Below, piece after piece: positions 52,101-63,050 of a stretch of DNA of 64,000 nt. This DNA is from Callorhinchus milii (lineage: Eukaryota): the NCBI RefSeq assembly GCF_018977255.1, contig NW_024704743.1:53136001-53200000 (forward strand). Reading direction: 5' to 3'. The position numbers and the translations under genes were made by a program. Position 1 is the first letter of the stretch, and every line of letters starts with the position of its first letter. The notes under the pieces are model-generated. The model made no database searches. It was not told where the DNA came from and saw only the letters and a program-made list of their open reading frames with translations.

Positions 52101-55100
52101 TTTCTAGTTCTTTGCATACATCGTGATCAACTTGATCTAACATGGTATCTTTGCATTCGACTACCGCCACCGAGTATACTGATGTCTCAGAGTTCAGGTC
52201 AAAAAACTTCAGAGAGACCAATAACAGCGATGAGTACACATAGATTCAATCAGGCTGGGAGCTTTAAAATAATTCACATGTGAGAAACCAATACAATTTT
52301 ACTTTTATATAACACCCTTCATGACTTGAGGACATCATCCCAATACAGTCCAGGGGTTGTACCCAAGCAGGCTCCGGGGCCAAGGGGAGGGGAAAGATGG
52401 CCAAAAGCAGTGAAACCAAATCATGAAGCAAAGAACATAATGACTGCATAAAGATGTAGGTGATACAGGAAACACACCTAAATCTTTGCATCAGTGATAT
52501 AAATGGGAACAATCACTAAAACACACAGAATTCAACAGTTTCACTGTTTTACAGTAAAAATGTTTTGCCAACTGTTTAACAAAAGAAAAATGTGGTTTCA
52601 TTCATTTGATTATCAAAGAAAGTAACACTGAATGAATTCACTGCTGACAAATAGACAAATAACTGTCCAAAGTTTCAACATATAAGAGTCCATTACAAGC
52701 GAAGAACTTTGTTATATTTATTTTTTAAAAATTAACTCCATCATCCATCAATTCAATAACCCTGAAAGATGAGACAAATTGGCCTGACGTGACAGTAACT
52801 TAATTTGGAGGGATCAAGGGACAATCTATGGAGCTAGTATCTATGTCAACCTGGCTAAGTTAGTAGCCTCTGAGTCAGAAGGTTATGGGTTCAAGTCCCA
52901 TGTCGGGACTTGGAAACCATATAGTCTATGCTGACGCACTGCACTGTCAGAGGTGTTGTCCTTTGGATAAGACATTAAACCATGGTCCAGTCTGCCTGTC
53001 CAGGTGGACATTAAAGATCCCAGGGCGCTATTCAAAATGCACTCACTCCATGACGGTTTGTGGGATACTGCAGTGTGCAAATTGGCTCCCATGTTTTCCC
53101 ACAAGATACACAGTCACTACATTTTGTATTGTATCCTACGAAGCACTATATCAAATGCCAGGATTACTATTAGCTAACCAGTGGAGCTGTGTGCCTACAT
53201 TGGCAAAATGCACCCAGTGTACGTATCGACCAGAATCTCCAATGACTTGCGCTATTCTTTACAAAAATGACATCATACACATTTTAGCTTTTGGATGAAA
53301 GTAATCTTAATTCTTATTCAAATTCTTAAAATAGTGAAACAAAATAGTCACCTTCATAGTTTTATCAAAGCACGCCAACATCACTCTCAGAGATTGATCA
53401 GTTTTGTTCTTCATGGTGTTAAACTCCTGCAATTTATTATTTCTCCATTCAGAAAACTGATCAAACACTTTATCGGAGGTATACTCTTCATCAGACCACT
53501 CGCCATAAACAGTCTCCAAAGAACAAGCTAAAGACTGAAGAAAAACAGATGCTGGTGAGACGTGAGGTTACGATTCTCTGGGCTTTATTTTACTGTGTCA
53601 CTTTCAGCAGAGTCCAGCAGAAGTGTGATTAAATTGGTGGCTTGGGAAACCAAAAACAGCAACGCGGCATGGTAGGCGCAAATCACCTATTTGTGTCCTA
53701 CAAAGTACTGTAAATCCTTTGATTCTACAAGTGGGGATTTTCTGTTCCTGCAACAAACTGGAGCATGGGAGACCAGAGAGAAGAAAGGCAGAAGTGGGAA
53801 TCCAAGGGAGGAAAAACTACCACCACAACTTGGAATGGCCAATCACTGTATTATGTGCTCCCAGTAGCTACATTTATTCTAAACATAAACAACCATACTA
53901 AAATAGGATAATCCTGGATCACTTTTGAACTCAAACCCACGTAACAGTTCCACAGCCTTGATAATATCCCAAGGAAGCACATAGTTGGTTTTAGGCACAG
54001 TCTTGGGACCAGAGAGTTCTGGGTTGTAATCCTTGTAGGTCATTTAGCCTTCATCATTTTAAGGTCAATAGTATAGTGTAGTATCATCAGGGGAAGGGGA
54101 AGTATGTGGGCTTCTTCCTAAGACTGGATCCAAGAACAACAGGCAAAGAGCAAACAGCTCCAGAGTAATCAAAGGCAAATGTGGAGTCATGCAGATCTAT
54201 TATAAATGTGCTTTACTGGCTTGAGAACAGATGGGTTGTCCCTGTTGGACAAATAGCCCACTGCACAATGGCCTGTACTGGTTTTCCCATTAAACGCTAC
54301 TGACGCAGGTTTCAAGGAAACAGCAGCTACTATTTTAGCTGAATCCCAAAGAGGGTTTTCAGCACTAAGTAATCTTTAGTAATATCTCAAAATTTACATT
54401 TTCGCATTAAAGAAAAGATTAAATTCTAACCTTCAGAAAGTGTACGCGGTCTATAATAGGTAACTTGTCCACTTCAGAGGCAAACACTTCCACAGCAGTA
54501 TACAGTGTACAACGTGCTTCATTCCGATCGACAATCAGGCTCTCCACTTTATCCTGAGGGTACAATTACACAATCACTGAAGAAAGTAATATGCACAACT
54601 ATAGCAAACATCCCTGTAAGGACAGACTCCTCAGCGAAATATTAAAAGCTTCACTCCTCCAAAGTCCAGACTTTAGATTCAGTTAAAGTTGCAGCTATAA
54701 TTTTGGTGGCTATAAATCAAGTCAGTTTAAGGGGAAGTGAGAAATCAGGTACTCTCAAAATTCCTTGCATCAATAACTTCCACATTTTGCACTGGAGTAC
54801 TGGTGCTTTTTCGGATAACCCTTTAGTGACCAGAGCAGAGGCCAGTGTAAAAAAAACTAACACTTCTTTATCCCGGTTACAAACTGCAATAGGAGGTTAT
54901 CAATTGTGAAACCAGTTTGATGTTTACGCCATTTATAGCCAATCGTGCATAGTTTGTTTTGTAAATAGTTTAAATTTACCTCAGTTAAATAATACTTATT
55001 TACCCATTTTCACCTGTGAACTATAGTTAGGACTGTAAATTTGCCACTGCAGAAAAAACATCACAGATACAAAGATTTTTCCATTTGTCTGTGACAAAAC

Positions 55101-58100
55101 CCACTGTCCTATACATTTCCCGCATTAACCTTAATCAACAACAATTCAGAGTGGATAGAGAATGAAGAAAGTTATTGTTTCAAATGAGTATCAGATCACC
55201 ACTGGTAGTATTCACAACACACCAAAACAATATTTTCATTGTTAATTTCTCCACCACCATTCAGATGTGCTGACTGAAAATACATAGCAGGCCTCGTTCA
55301 AGAATAACATTACTTTCAAGAAAATAAAGGCATTTTTATGCTCTGTTCATGAAGGATTCACAAATATTTTGAAGGGCAGAAGTAGCAGGATTTCAATTTA
55401 TAAAGATATTGAATGAACAACTTAGTGAATACTGCAGAAGCTGCAAGTTAGGATCCAGAGATGCTCAATAGCCAAGTCAGTCCAACTCACCACAGACTTG
55501 CATGCCCGAAGCATTTCCTGGGCGAGAGTGTATTCATTCCAAGCACTTTCAAGGTTTCTCATTGAAGCTGGAGTGCACAAGCTCCCAACAGTGATCATTT
55601 GTATCGCTGCAGAAAGATCATCTCCAAAACAATTCTCAGCATTTTCACTCCTACAAATTTTCATAGAAGCATTTTTGGATCAGCAGAGTACATAAAACTA
55701 ACCTACTGCTCTCTTCTTCAGCTTTGTCTCCCTTCTCTTAACAAGTTTGGTTTTACTCAGGTACATTTCTGAGGGGACAATTAATTTTAAATGAGCCTCA
55801 ATAGTGAGTGTTAAACGTTGAAACACACAACACAGGCCAAATGTACTATTTCAGTACAGACGAGGGAGCTTCCTTATCTGTATGGCTCTGCTCCTGATGG
55901 AATAAACGTACTGAACAATCAGTAAATCATGATTCTGTTCTTCATATAAAGTTATTTTGTTTACAAATTAATGGTATACGAAAATATTGACATAAGCTTT
56001 AATAAAGCAAAGCTTTCAGGTGGTATTACTGAAGTAGTGTTGAGAAAAATACTAAAAGCTACTTAATTTCTATACATTCTATTTTGTTTTGGTCAGCCAG
56101 GTGTCTGACACATACAGAAATGCATCACCATACTTTTAGGTTTAGAGTTGCAAAGAGCAATTTCAGGACAGACACCGGAAAGTGTTTCTTTACCCACAGG
56201 CTAATTAACAACTGACACAGGTTGCCAGGAAGAATGGTTGAGATCAGGACATTGGGGACTCATTTAAAAAACAACCTGATGCAGAGAATGCTAATGCTGG
56301 ATGATGAAAATCAAATGATGCTGTGATGGGAAGACAGTAAGATGGGTATTCTGGATAAATGAGGTAAAATGGGCCAAAATGGGCCTTGTGAGCTGAAAAT
56401 CCTTTGAAATCTATCTGGTAAACTTAATCACACCCATGTCAGAGCTGATTCTTGCCACTGGGTGGTGGTGTGCAGGAATTACCAGTTCACTGTGTTCAGT
56501 AGGTTGCACACAGCACCACCCAGTGACTTTAATAAAGGCATTCACATGATTTAAACAGGAAAGTGTTTTTTATCAGGAATTGAAAGTAACACACACAGTA
56601 GAACCTCCACTGCTGAAGATTTTGATTACCGGATGCCGATGCTAAATGTGCCAGCGACTATTTTAATCAGTTTTCTCTGCATTTTACGAAAAATAATACG
56701 GTTTAGTTTTTCCTCTGAAGAAATTTAAATAACTGAACGACAAGTCACCTGACAAGTAACCTGGGCCAGGGTTAGACTCAATGGACCATTTACCTTTCCC
56801 ACAATTGAATTTCATACCTGCAGAGCATTTCCAGGTATTACCTACCTGATTCTTTTGAGCTTTTCCACCTTGGTTCCCAAGCATTTAAGCTTCATTTCAA
56901 CTGCATTGTTTAATTCATTTTTCAACTTAACTTCTACTTCCCGATGTTGTTCTAATTCTGCTTTCATTTTCTGTGTAAAAAAAATACACAGCACTACAAA
57001 GGTCTAGAAACTGTTCTGATAACTACTATAGAATGAATTATAAGTATTGACATCAAATGCTCTGCTTTACATAATATATATATTATATATACAGTTATTC
57101 CTCTTTACATTGAGCTGGGAAGGGCGGAGAGCAAAGCATTGGAAAAGTCAAGACCGGAGGTGATGGGTGGATGAGGGTAGGGTGCGGGCAGTTTGGTAGG
57201 GCGTTAGGAGGTCGCAGAGGTAGAGGGGAGCAATGCCATGGAGGGCTTTGAAGGTGAGGACCAGGATCTTGAATTGTATCCTCTGTGTGATGGGAAGGCC
57301 TGTAACAGATTACCAAGTCAGTTCCCCTCTTAAACAGTATATAGCTGTCAGACTGGTTCAGTTGGAAGTACTGTGGCCTTTGAGTCAGAAGGTTATGGGT
57401 TCAATCTCTCACATCAGGAGCTTGAACTCCCAGTCTAGGCTGACAGTCCAATACAGCACTGGGGAATGCTTTGCATTATTTATTGAAAGTCACACAGTAC
57501 AGCTTGTCCTAGTCGAGCTTAAAGCCATCAGAAAATTTTCAGTTTTCAGAAAATTTTAATGGTGGTGGTGGTGATAACCTCAGACAGTTAAACAAAGAAT
57601 ACCTTCAACTCAAGTTGTTGTTGCTTAATCTGCTCTTCCAGCAGATGACAATTTTGCTGATGAGCTCTGTTTTCTGCTTTCAGCTTTTCATTTTGATCTT
57701 CCAGCAATCTCTGGTTATGTTGCATCTTCATCATGTTCATCTTCTGCGCTAAATTGTACGGAGTTGGTGATTTTCTCTCCCTAGAAACAAAAATTCAAAG
57801 GAGTTATTACTTACTGATTCTGGTTCAGTGGCCATAACTTTCCTGCATATCTATATTCTCAAATCTAAATTGATGAAAAACATTTTCAGTCACAGACATA
57901 CATCACAAATTCACTACCTGTATTTTGGAAACTTACCCCAAAAGTTAAGAGTAGCCCTCAGCAGATAACAAGCAGAATACTAACTTCTCAACCCTAGTGA
58001 TAATTTCAGACAAATAGTTAAACATTATGTCAGCCTGCCTCAGTTGGTAACACTTGTCACCGCAAAGTTAGAAGGTTATGGGTTCAAGCCCCAGATCAGG

Positions 58101-61100
58101 ACTTGGAAATCACATCGTACAGGCTGACCATGTGCTACATTGCTGGAGGTGGTGTTAAAACCGAGGTCACATCGGTCTGTTCAGGTGGACATAAAAGATC
58201 CCATTACATTATTTGAAAAGAGAAGGGAGCTTCTCCCAGTGTTGGGAGCCAACAATCCCACAAATAAAATTGATTATTCAATTCATAACTGTTTGTGGGA
58301 CACTGCTGTGCATATATCAAATCCAAGGTTTTTTTTAAATAATGGAGTTAGTTCTCTGCCAAAAGGTACAGCAGGCCTCTCCATAACAGGAGGTAATGAT
58401 AAAAAAGACCACTTCATATTACAAAGGAACACTGTCAATCACTGTAGAGTCAGTCTAAATTAAGTGATCAGTCTTCATGTGTGAGCTAAGATGTGTGTGT
58501 ATGTGTGTGTTGTAATTGGTGTGGGCGGGGGAGGCAGAAAAGGACATGTGTGTGTAAAAAAAAGCCCATCCCAAATCCCATCCTTTTCAGTAGGAATCAT
58601 TGGATAACAATCAAAAGTTTGAACCTTGCTCAGATCCTCTTCCTAACCTAGTGACACTAATTAAGGCACAGACCTGGAATCTTCTATGACTTAAGAGACT
58701 ACATGGAATTTAGAAAACAAAAACAGAAGTCGCTGGGAACACTCAGCAGGTCAGACAGCATCTATGGAGAAAGGAAAGTGAGTCAACTTTTCGGGTCCAC
58801 GACACTTCGTCAGAATTCTAGACAAGTGAAATTTCCATGCCTATGTGGAACTCAGTATCTGCGGTATTTTGTGTTTTGATGGAATTTAGAAACTCCTCCA
58901 TGGTCTAATGGTTGGTGGCAAGTAGTTCATCTGTGTTCAGTTAGCAGTTACTCCAGCATTAAAAGGCTTTACACAAACAATATGGAATACTCACTGCTGG
59001 ATGCTGATACACAGCAATTATTTTAAACAAGTTTAAACAAACTTTTAAACTATTTCAAAAGCAAAATTGCACGGAGCATCTTTTGCACTTACAATGCACA
59101 CGCCAGGGGATTTCCCCTCCCCACCTTAGGGTCTTCACCTCTTTGTTCTAAAGAGTCTACACTCCCTTTTGTTTTGTTTGATGGATGATCATTTCTTGAA
59201 TCCTTCATGTGCTTTGCTCTCTGTGAAGCACTGCTGAAATCTGGAAATCCTTTTATGTTCCTGATGAATGTCAATGGTTCTGGATTTTCCCTTCTCCCTT
59301 CATAGCTGATAGAGTTGACAGAGTCTACATTGCGCTTTCCAGCAAATCGCTTTTCAGCAACTTCATGACCAATGTCCAGATCCTCACTTTCTGCTTTCAC
59401 AAAAATGACTCCGTCTTCATCGGTACCTCTGTGAGTGACTCGGATGATTTTGTCATTTATCAAACTGGCCAGAAATCTTCTTCCCTGGGGGAAAAAAAAG
59501 TGGCATGACTTCATGTGCAATCTATCTAACCCTTGATGGCAGAAATTAAGTAGCAATAGACACTCGTGTCAATGGTTTATCAGACTGAGAATCAGACAGT
59601 TGAAGGATTTAACAGTTAGCAAATCTATAGCATGTTCAGCATCCATTTTTAAATCATGTATTCAAAAAGTGTGACAAAAGGACTTAAGGATTTATTTTGC
59701 TTGTTTCTATGGACGCAGTGAATTTGTTCCTTTGGCGACTCTGCGACCCAAGTTTGTACAAATTTTTACCGTGTAAACCAAAGCCCTGATGGGTGGAGTG
59801 GTCCTAGCTGGACAAAAGCGGGAAAGTTTGCCGGACAGTGGTATCAATGGCAAGCTATGTGGTCAGCAGTACCCAACACACTATTTTCAGGAATCAGGTA
59901 AGCAGGATCTGTCCCTCCAGGGAGAAAGAGCACGTTCCACTCCAACAATCTATCTCTAGGATTTCCATTTGTTAGGTGTCAAGCATGGAAATCGCAGCTT
60001 GGGTGATTAGTTTCCGCATGTATCAGATACTCGACTGTCCAAAAAAAAGTTTGTACATTTGTCTCATGCTTCATGCTTATGAACAGTTAAAATAGTTTGA
60101 ACTTACAAACAAAATATATACTATATATTTAAACTGCAAAAGCATGTAAGACTGCCAAGGGAGTGGAGTGTACCTCAAGCACACCAAATCATGTTAAAAT
60201 GACAACACAAACTGGAATGGAATGATGATGAACAAAATCATAATTAAAAACCCTTAGTTCTCTTAAATCAGTACAAAAATATACAAAGACAAAGAAACAG
60301 ATTGCAATGACCATACAATGGGGTCCCTCATCCAACGCGAGGACAGAACTTGCATCCAGTATCACACATTTGGCAAAATAAAATGATCACGATAGCATTG
60401 GGAAAGTGCTTTTTTTTAAAGTAATTTCAGAAATGTTTAAATTTTAAATTAGCTTTTACACCACAACCAACGTTTGATACTCTTAAAACCAAACATTTCA
60501 AGCTATCAGATATTTTCCATTTATCTAGTGCTTTTCATGCATGCCTTGGAGGACTCGGAACACAATTTCAGCTCCAGGTCTATGTGGCAATCACTCATGC
60601 GGTTCAGTGAAGCATTTTACCAGTTCTCAGGCAGGAATGGGAGTTTCCCAATTGTGTCTTCATAAAGCAGTAATGACAGAAACAACTTATCATAATAATC
60701 CTTGCATTTGATATAGCGCCTTATCACGTCTTCTAGACATCTCAAAGCGCTTCACAGAATATACTGTAAAGTGAATTGACTGTACATTTGTGGGTGAAAC
60801 GCAGCAGCCAATTGCGCACAGCAGTGTCACACAAACAGTCGTGGATTGAAGTGACCAATTTATTATTGTTTTTTTTCTTGAGGGATTATTATTAGGCGTG
60901 TGGAGTAAGGAAACTTGCCCAGGGTTTTGCCCTGCCACGAATCGAACCTGGGTGTCTTGCTTGCTCTAACCACTGAGTTACAGCACTCCACCTGCCCTTC
61001 GGATGAAGGATGTGGTGACAAGCAACCCGCAAGGAATAAACTGAGCGTCTCTGACAGAGCCATACAAAATGAAACACTTTGCCATAAGTCCTTTACAACC

Positions 61101-62502
61101 TATATTTATAACTTTAACCAATGGGAAACCATATTGCCTTGTTGCACAGGAATGCTCATCATGTTGCTAATAGGAGTGCCTTTAACGCAAATAATTAAAA
61201 TTCTAAATAACCTTAAGTGTGATGAGATATTCCTGGCAGTACATTTTTCTTTACCTGGTCAAAAGGAGTCACATTTTGTTTAACTGGAATCTCCAGACCC
61301 CAAAGTCGGAACTTGCTGGCTAGCCCGGGGCACTGCAAATTTTCTGGAAGTTCAACTATGTACGATTTTTTTAAAGTCTCCGAATTTCCATAATCAATAT
61401 AAGTCATCAGACACTAAAGATAAAAATGATAAAATGTATTAAAAAATAATATGCCCAAAATATTTCAAAGCAATTAGTTTGTGAAATTAATAATGTTTAG
61501 TTTAGGGATAGCCTGGGCAGAACATTGCACCACCAACCGCTAGTGAAACTTGTTTCTGTGCCCAATGTTTCCTGGTCTCGTTCATGTTACAAGAGAAAAA
61601 TCCAAGTGGACATATTCTGGCCATATTCCACAAGACAGAGCGAAAACTCACCACTCACACACCCCCAGCCACTATCACACGCATCCAGATACTAAATTCA
61701 AAACAGCATTAGAAGAAACCTGTAAATATTCCAAGGAAAGGAAAAATACCGGAACACTGACCTCAATTCGTTTTTTTAAAAAAAGTTGTTTTCTAAGCAT
61801 TTAAAATGCTTAAATTACTTATTTAAGCAACTTTTTTAATTAATTACATTTTCTCAGCCACACTCCAAAGCTACACTTCTTAAATTTTCCAGTTTAGAAG
61901 TATTAGTTGTGGGTTATTTAATAATAATGCTTGCATTTGATACACCTTATTATATTGGCAAGATGTCTCAATGAGCTTTACAGGATTTTACAGTGAAGTG
62001 TAGTGACTGTTTACTACACCAGAAATTTCATTTCAAAGCAGAAAATGTATACGGAATTATACATTCCCATAATTTCAGCTCTTATGCATTTATAACAGTG
62101 TCCTTCATTTTTCTGAAATTCTGAATCTTTGGTCAATAGGAAGTGAGTAACCCCTAGATTTTAAATCCAAGCTTGATAATGGCTACATCACTTTTTGTTG
62201 ACTTATTCAGGTTTTTCTATTACTCTTGCCAACATGATAGTCCTATGTTACACAATTTCTGCTCTTCACCTAGATTATCCATAAACTGATGAAGTACTGA
62301 GCACGGAGGTTTCCTACAAAATCAACCATGAAGTTAGCCATTAAAAGGTAAGCATTTTTTTTAAGTCTTGAAGGGGTGAGGATCCTATGGATGGAAGAGG
62401 AGAATGATGACCTTGATTACAAGATACCTTCTCATCATTCAGCATTTTCTTCAGTTTACATCTGTACCAGCATTGGTCCTCAGAATACAATCCACCATAA
62501 AT
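39944..62502 (-). CDS. STK31: STK31/TDRD8 gene span (20 coding exons in window, 5' exons outside window): Tudor domain, coiled-coil and kinase-like domain
   Basis: Manually spliced GT-AG exons join in frame (2838 nt, 945 aa plus TAG). Peptides such as IYGGLYSEDQCWYRC, YIDYGN, LRWKLVEKSNLE, WFPELPLLHPE, GYSVDV.TEAK.IERAA and GDFDFTK match STK31 as recalled. Confidence 0.96.
40285..40620 (-). mobile_element. Deu-domain SINE (family B)
   Basis: Reverse-strand tail and Deu core. Confidence 0.72.
40645..40990 (-). mobile_element. CR1 3' fragment
   Basis: SYEQQLDKFGLF.SLERRLLRGDL...TRGHKF..RVINDWN. Other CR1 pieces at ~19790, 41195, 56140 and 63060. Confidence 0.85.
41955..42023 (-). CDS. STK31: STK31 exon (LNFPVHSFTVEVDGTPQFSGLNM)
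   Basis: ttatag acceptor, ATG|gtaagt donor, 69 nt, after a 90-nt intron. Confidence 0.9.
42114..42239 (-). CDS. STK31: STK31 exon (EQRNIVSW...IAPE...DVFAYGCLLLW)
   Basis: gtctag acceptor, TGG|gtatgc donor, 126 nt. Confidence 0.95.
43011..43160 (-). CDS. STK31: STK31 exon (kinase core, EVAKVMHG...HASLHPHN...GDFDFTKTA)
   Basis: gtaaag acceptor, gtaagt donor, 150 nt. Confidence 0.95.
43533..43619 (-). CDS. STK31: STK31 exon (SEPMIYIMVPFYPG...NPLTLM)
   Basis: ctctag acceptor, ATG|gtgagt donor, 87 nt. Confidence 0.94.
44327..44452 (-). CDS. STK31: STK31 exon (GYSVDVATEAK...LFACK)
   Basis: taacag acceptor, gtaagc donor, 126 nt. Confidence 0.94.
45005..45585 (+). mobile_element. CR1-clade LINE 3' fragment
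   Basis: LVRPQLEYCVQFWAPHFRK..LERVQRRFTRM, LEQRR.RGDLIEVFKI, WNAL.E.VVE..S...FKRELD; tail ttctatgatt. Confidence 0.93.
45656..45781 (-). CDS. STK31: STK31 exon (QSSGLLCNSLERDL...KVLLK, kinase N-lobe)
   Basis: tttcag acceptor, AAG|gtagtg donor, 126 nt. Confidence 0.93.
47010..47090 (-). CDS. STK31: STK31 exon (ERLSTVVRDWFPELPLLHPEAGITTCM)
   Basis: ttgcag acceptor, ATG|gtaat donor, 81 nt. Confidence 0.94.
48569..48670 (-). CDS. STK31: STK31 exon (LDNCDAAK...QEICREREEY)
   Basis: atgcag acceptor, gtaagg donor, 102 nt. Confidence 0.92.
49175..49710 (+). mobile_element. L2 LINE 3' fragment nested in unclassified repeat X
   Basis: L2 ORF2 end and tail cagcgccttgggacgtcctcccgacgtgaaaggcgc..(TTG)n. 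Confidence 0.88.
50147..50278 (-). CDS. STK31: STK31 exon (FKEQVGQWL...LRWKLVEKSNLED)
   Basis: ccacag acceptor, gtatgc donor, 132 nt. Confidence 0.93.
50877..50996 (-). CDS. STK31: STK31 exon (PQGEADAKIM...KYAASIE)
   Basis: tttaag acceptor, GAG|gtaacc donor, 120 nt. Confidence 0.9.
51680..51985 (+). mobile_element. Deu-domain SINE (family B), 5'-truncated
   Basis: Core ctgcctgttcaggtggacgttaaagatcccatggcactattcgaa; (ATT)-rich tail. Confidence 0.8.
52090..52206 (-). CDS. STK31: STK31 exon (FFDLNSE...VCKELEISTS)
   Basis: ctgaag acceptor, gtaagt donor, 117 nt. Confidence 0.88.
52845..53170 (+). mobile_element. Deu-domain SINE (family B)
   Basis: Head, core and tail recognisable. Further fragments at ~20760, 25055, 57345 and 58030. 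Confidence 0.78.
53352..53534 (-). CDS. STK31: STK31 exon (SLACSLETVYGE...FDKTMK)
   Basis: cttcag acceptor, AAG|gtgact donor, 183 nt. Confidence 0.9.
54431..54553 (-). CDS. STK31: STK31 exon (DKVESLIVDRNE...DRVHFLK)
   Basis: cctcag acceptor, AAG|gttaga donor, 123 nt. Confidence 0.9.
55491..55650 (-). CDS. STK31: STK31 exon (SENAENCFGDDLS...AWNEYTLAQEMLRACKSV)
   Basis: ttgtag acceptor, GTG|gtgagt donor, 160 nt, phase 2-0. Confidence 0.9.
56846..56970 (-). CDS. STK31: STK31 exon (KMKAELEQH...VEKLKRIR)
   Basis: acacag acceptor, AG|gtaggt donor, 125 nt, phase 0-2. Confidence 0.88.
57603..57780 (-). CDS. STK31: STK31 exon (coiled-coil, ERKSPTPY...QQQLELK)
   Basis: ttctag acceptor, AAG|gtattc donor, 178 nt, phase 2-0, open frame. 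Confidence 0.88.
58717..58878 (-). mobile_element. Short Penelope pLTR insertion with 14-bp target-site duplication
   Basis: ~100 bp nearly identical to 62603-62700; ATGGAATTTAGAAA repeated at 58703-58716 and 58879-58892. Confidence 0.85.
58780..58818 (-). ncRNA. Minimal type I hammerhead ribozyme motif (degenerate, stem III variant AAGU)
   Basis: GAAUU-CUGACGA-AGUGUC-GUG-GACCC-GAAA-AGU-U-GACUC; one mismatch each in stems I and II. Confidence 0.6.
59093..59484 (-). CDS. STK31: STK31 exon (GRRFLASLINDK...LACA, extended Tudor and linker)
   Basis: ccccag acceptor, gtaagt donor, 392 nt ending in phase 2, which matches the next exon. Confidence 0.9.
59775..60048 (+). repeat. Unclassified repeat X, 3' half
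   Basis: ccaaagccctgatggg..tagctggacaa..caatggcaagctatgtgg..aggtaagcaggat..tcagatactcgactgtccaaaaaaaa. Confidence 0.75.
60690..60984 (-). mobile_element. tRNA-headed SINE (family A) in an STK31 intron
   Basis: Reverse copy of family A. 3' fragments also occur at ~1684, 2695, 15452, 23778, 27095, 29470, 46480 and 61920. Confidence 0.88.
61255..61413 (-). CDS. STK31: STK31 exon (Tudor, CLMTYIDYGN...VTPFDQ)
   Basis: tttag acceptor, CAG|gtaa donor, 159 nt; Tudor YIDYGN motif. Confidence 0.95.
62428..62502 (-). CDS. STK31: STK31 exon (Tudor, IYGGLYSEDQCWYRCKLKKMLNDEK)
   Basis: ttacag acceptor, AAG|gtatct donor, 75 nt, phase 0-0. Confidence 0.93.
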
Positions 62503-62602
62503 CTGTAAGAACAAAAAATAAATACACTTTTGTTACCTTGCAAAACATATGCTATGTTCTGAATAAAGATCAAACAAAAAATAAATGAACACTAGCTAAA
62601 TC

Positions 62603-63050
62603 AAAAACAGAAGTCGCTGGGAACACTCAGCAGGTCAGGCAGCATCTATGGAGAAAGGAAAGTGAGTCAAAGTTTCAGGTCCATGACCCTTCGTCAGAAC
62701 TGGAACATGTTTGGGAGGAAGAGGCTTTTAAGGGCTAACAGAGATGGGGGAGGCAGGACATGGAAGACAAAGGAGAAAATGGGGTAGAGGACAGGGGATG
62801 ATGGGTTGAAGAGGTGTTAATGATACAAAACAAAGTGGGAGAAATTGCAATAAAACGGGCAGATCAGGGAGAGAAAAGGTGCGTCTGGGACCAAAATGAT
62901 GTAGTAATGGTCACAGAAGAGGGGGAGGGGGAATGTGAGCTGTTATGGTCTGAAATTGTTGAAATCAATATTGAGGCCAGAGGGCAGTAAGGTCCTTAGC
63001 TGTTCCTCGAGCTTGCGCTGTGGCTCATTTGAACAGCGTAGGAGACCATG
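62603..63050 (-). mobile_element. Penelope-like element 3' end (GIY-YIG C-terminus and pseudo-LTR with hammerhead motif)
   Basis: Minus strand encodes GLLRCSNEPQRKLEEQL..LPSGLNIDFNNFRP*, then a pLTR with CTGACGA..GAAA and gatgctgcctgacctgctgagt. Confidence 0.85.
62665..62701 (-). ncRNA. Minimal type I hammerhead ribozyme motif (Penelope-derived, stem III variant ACUU)
   Basis: AGUU-CUGACGA-AGGGUC-AUG-GACCU-GAAA-CUU-U-GACU: conserved core, stem II, 4-bp stem I. Confidence 0.7.

Noticed and set aside
55651..55768. Upstream alternative acceptor (cctcag at 55769) extending the 55491-55650 exon
   Set aside because: Introduces an in-frame TAA after four codons.
59123..59125. Alternative STK31 donor AAG|gtgggg
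   Set aside because: Phase 0 would frameshift the next exon; the gtaagt donor at 59093 gives the required phase 2.
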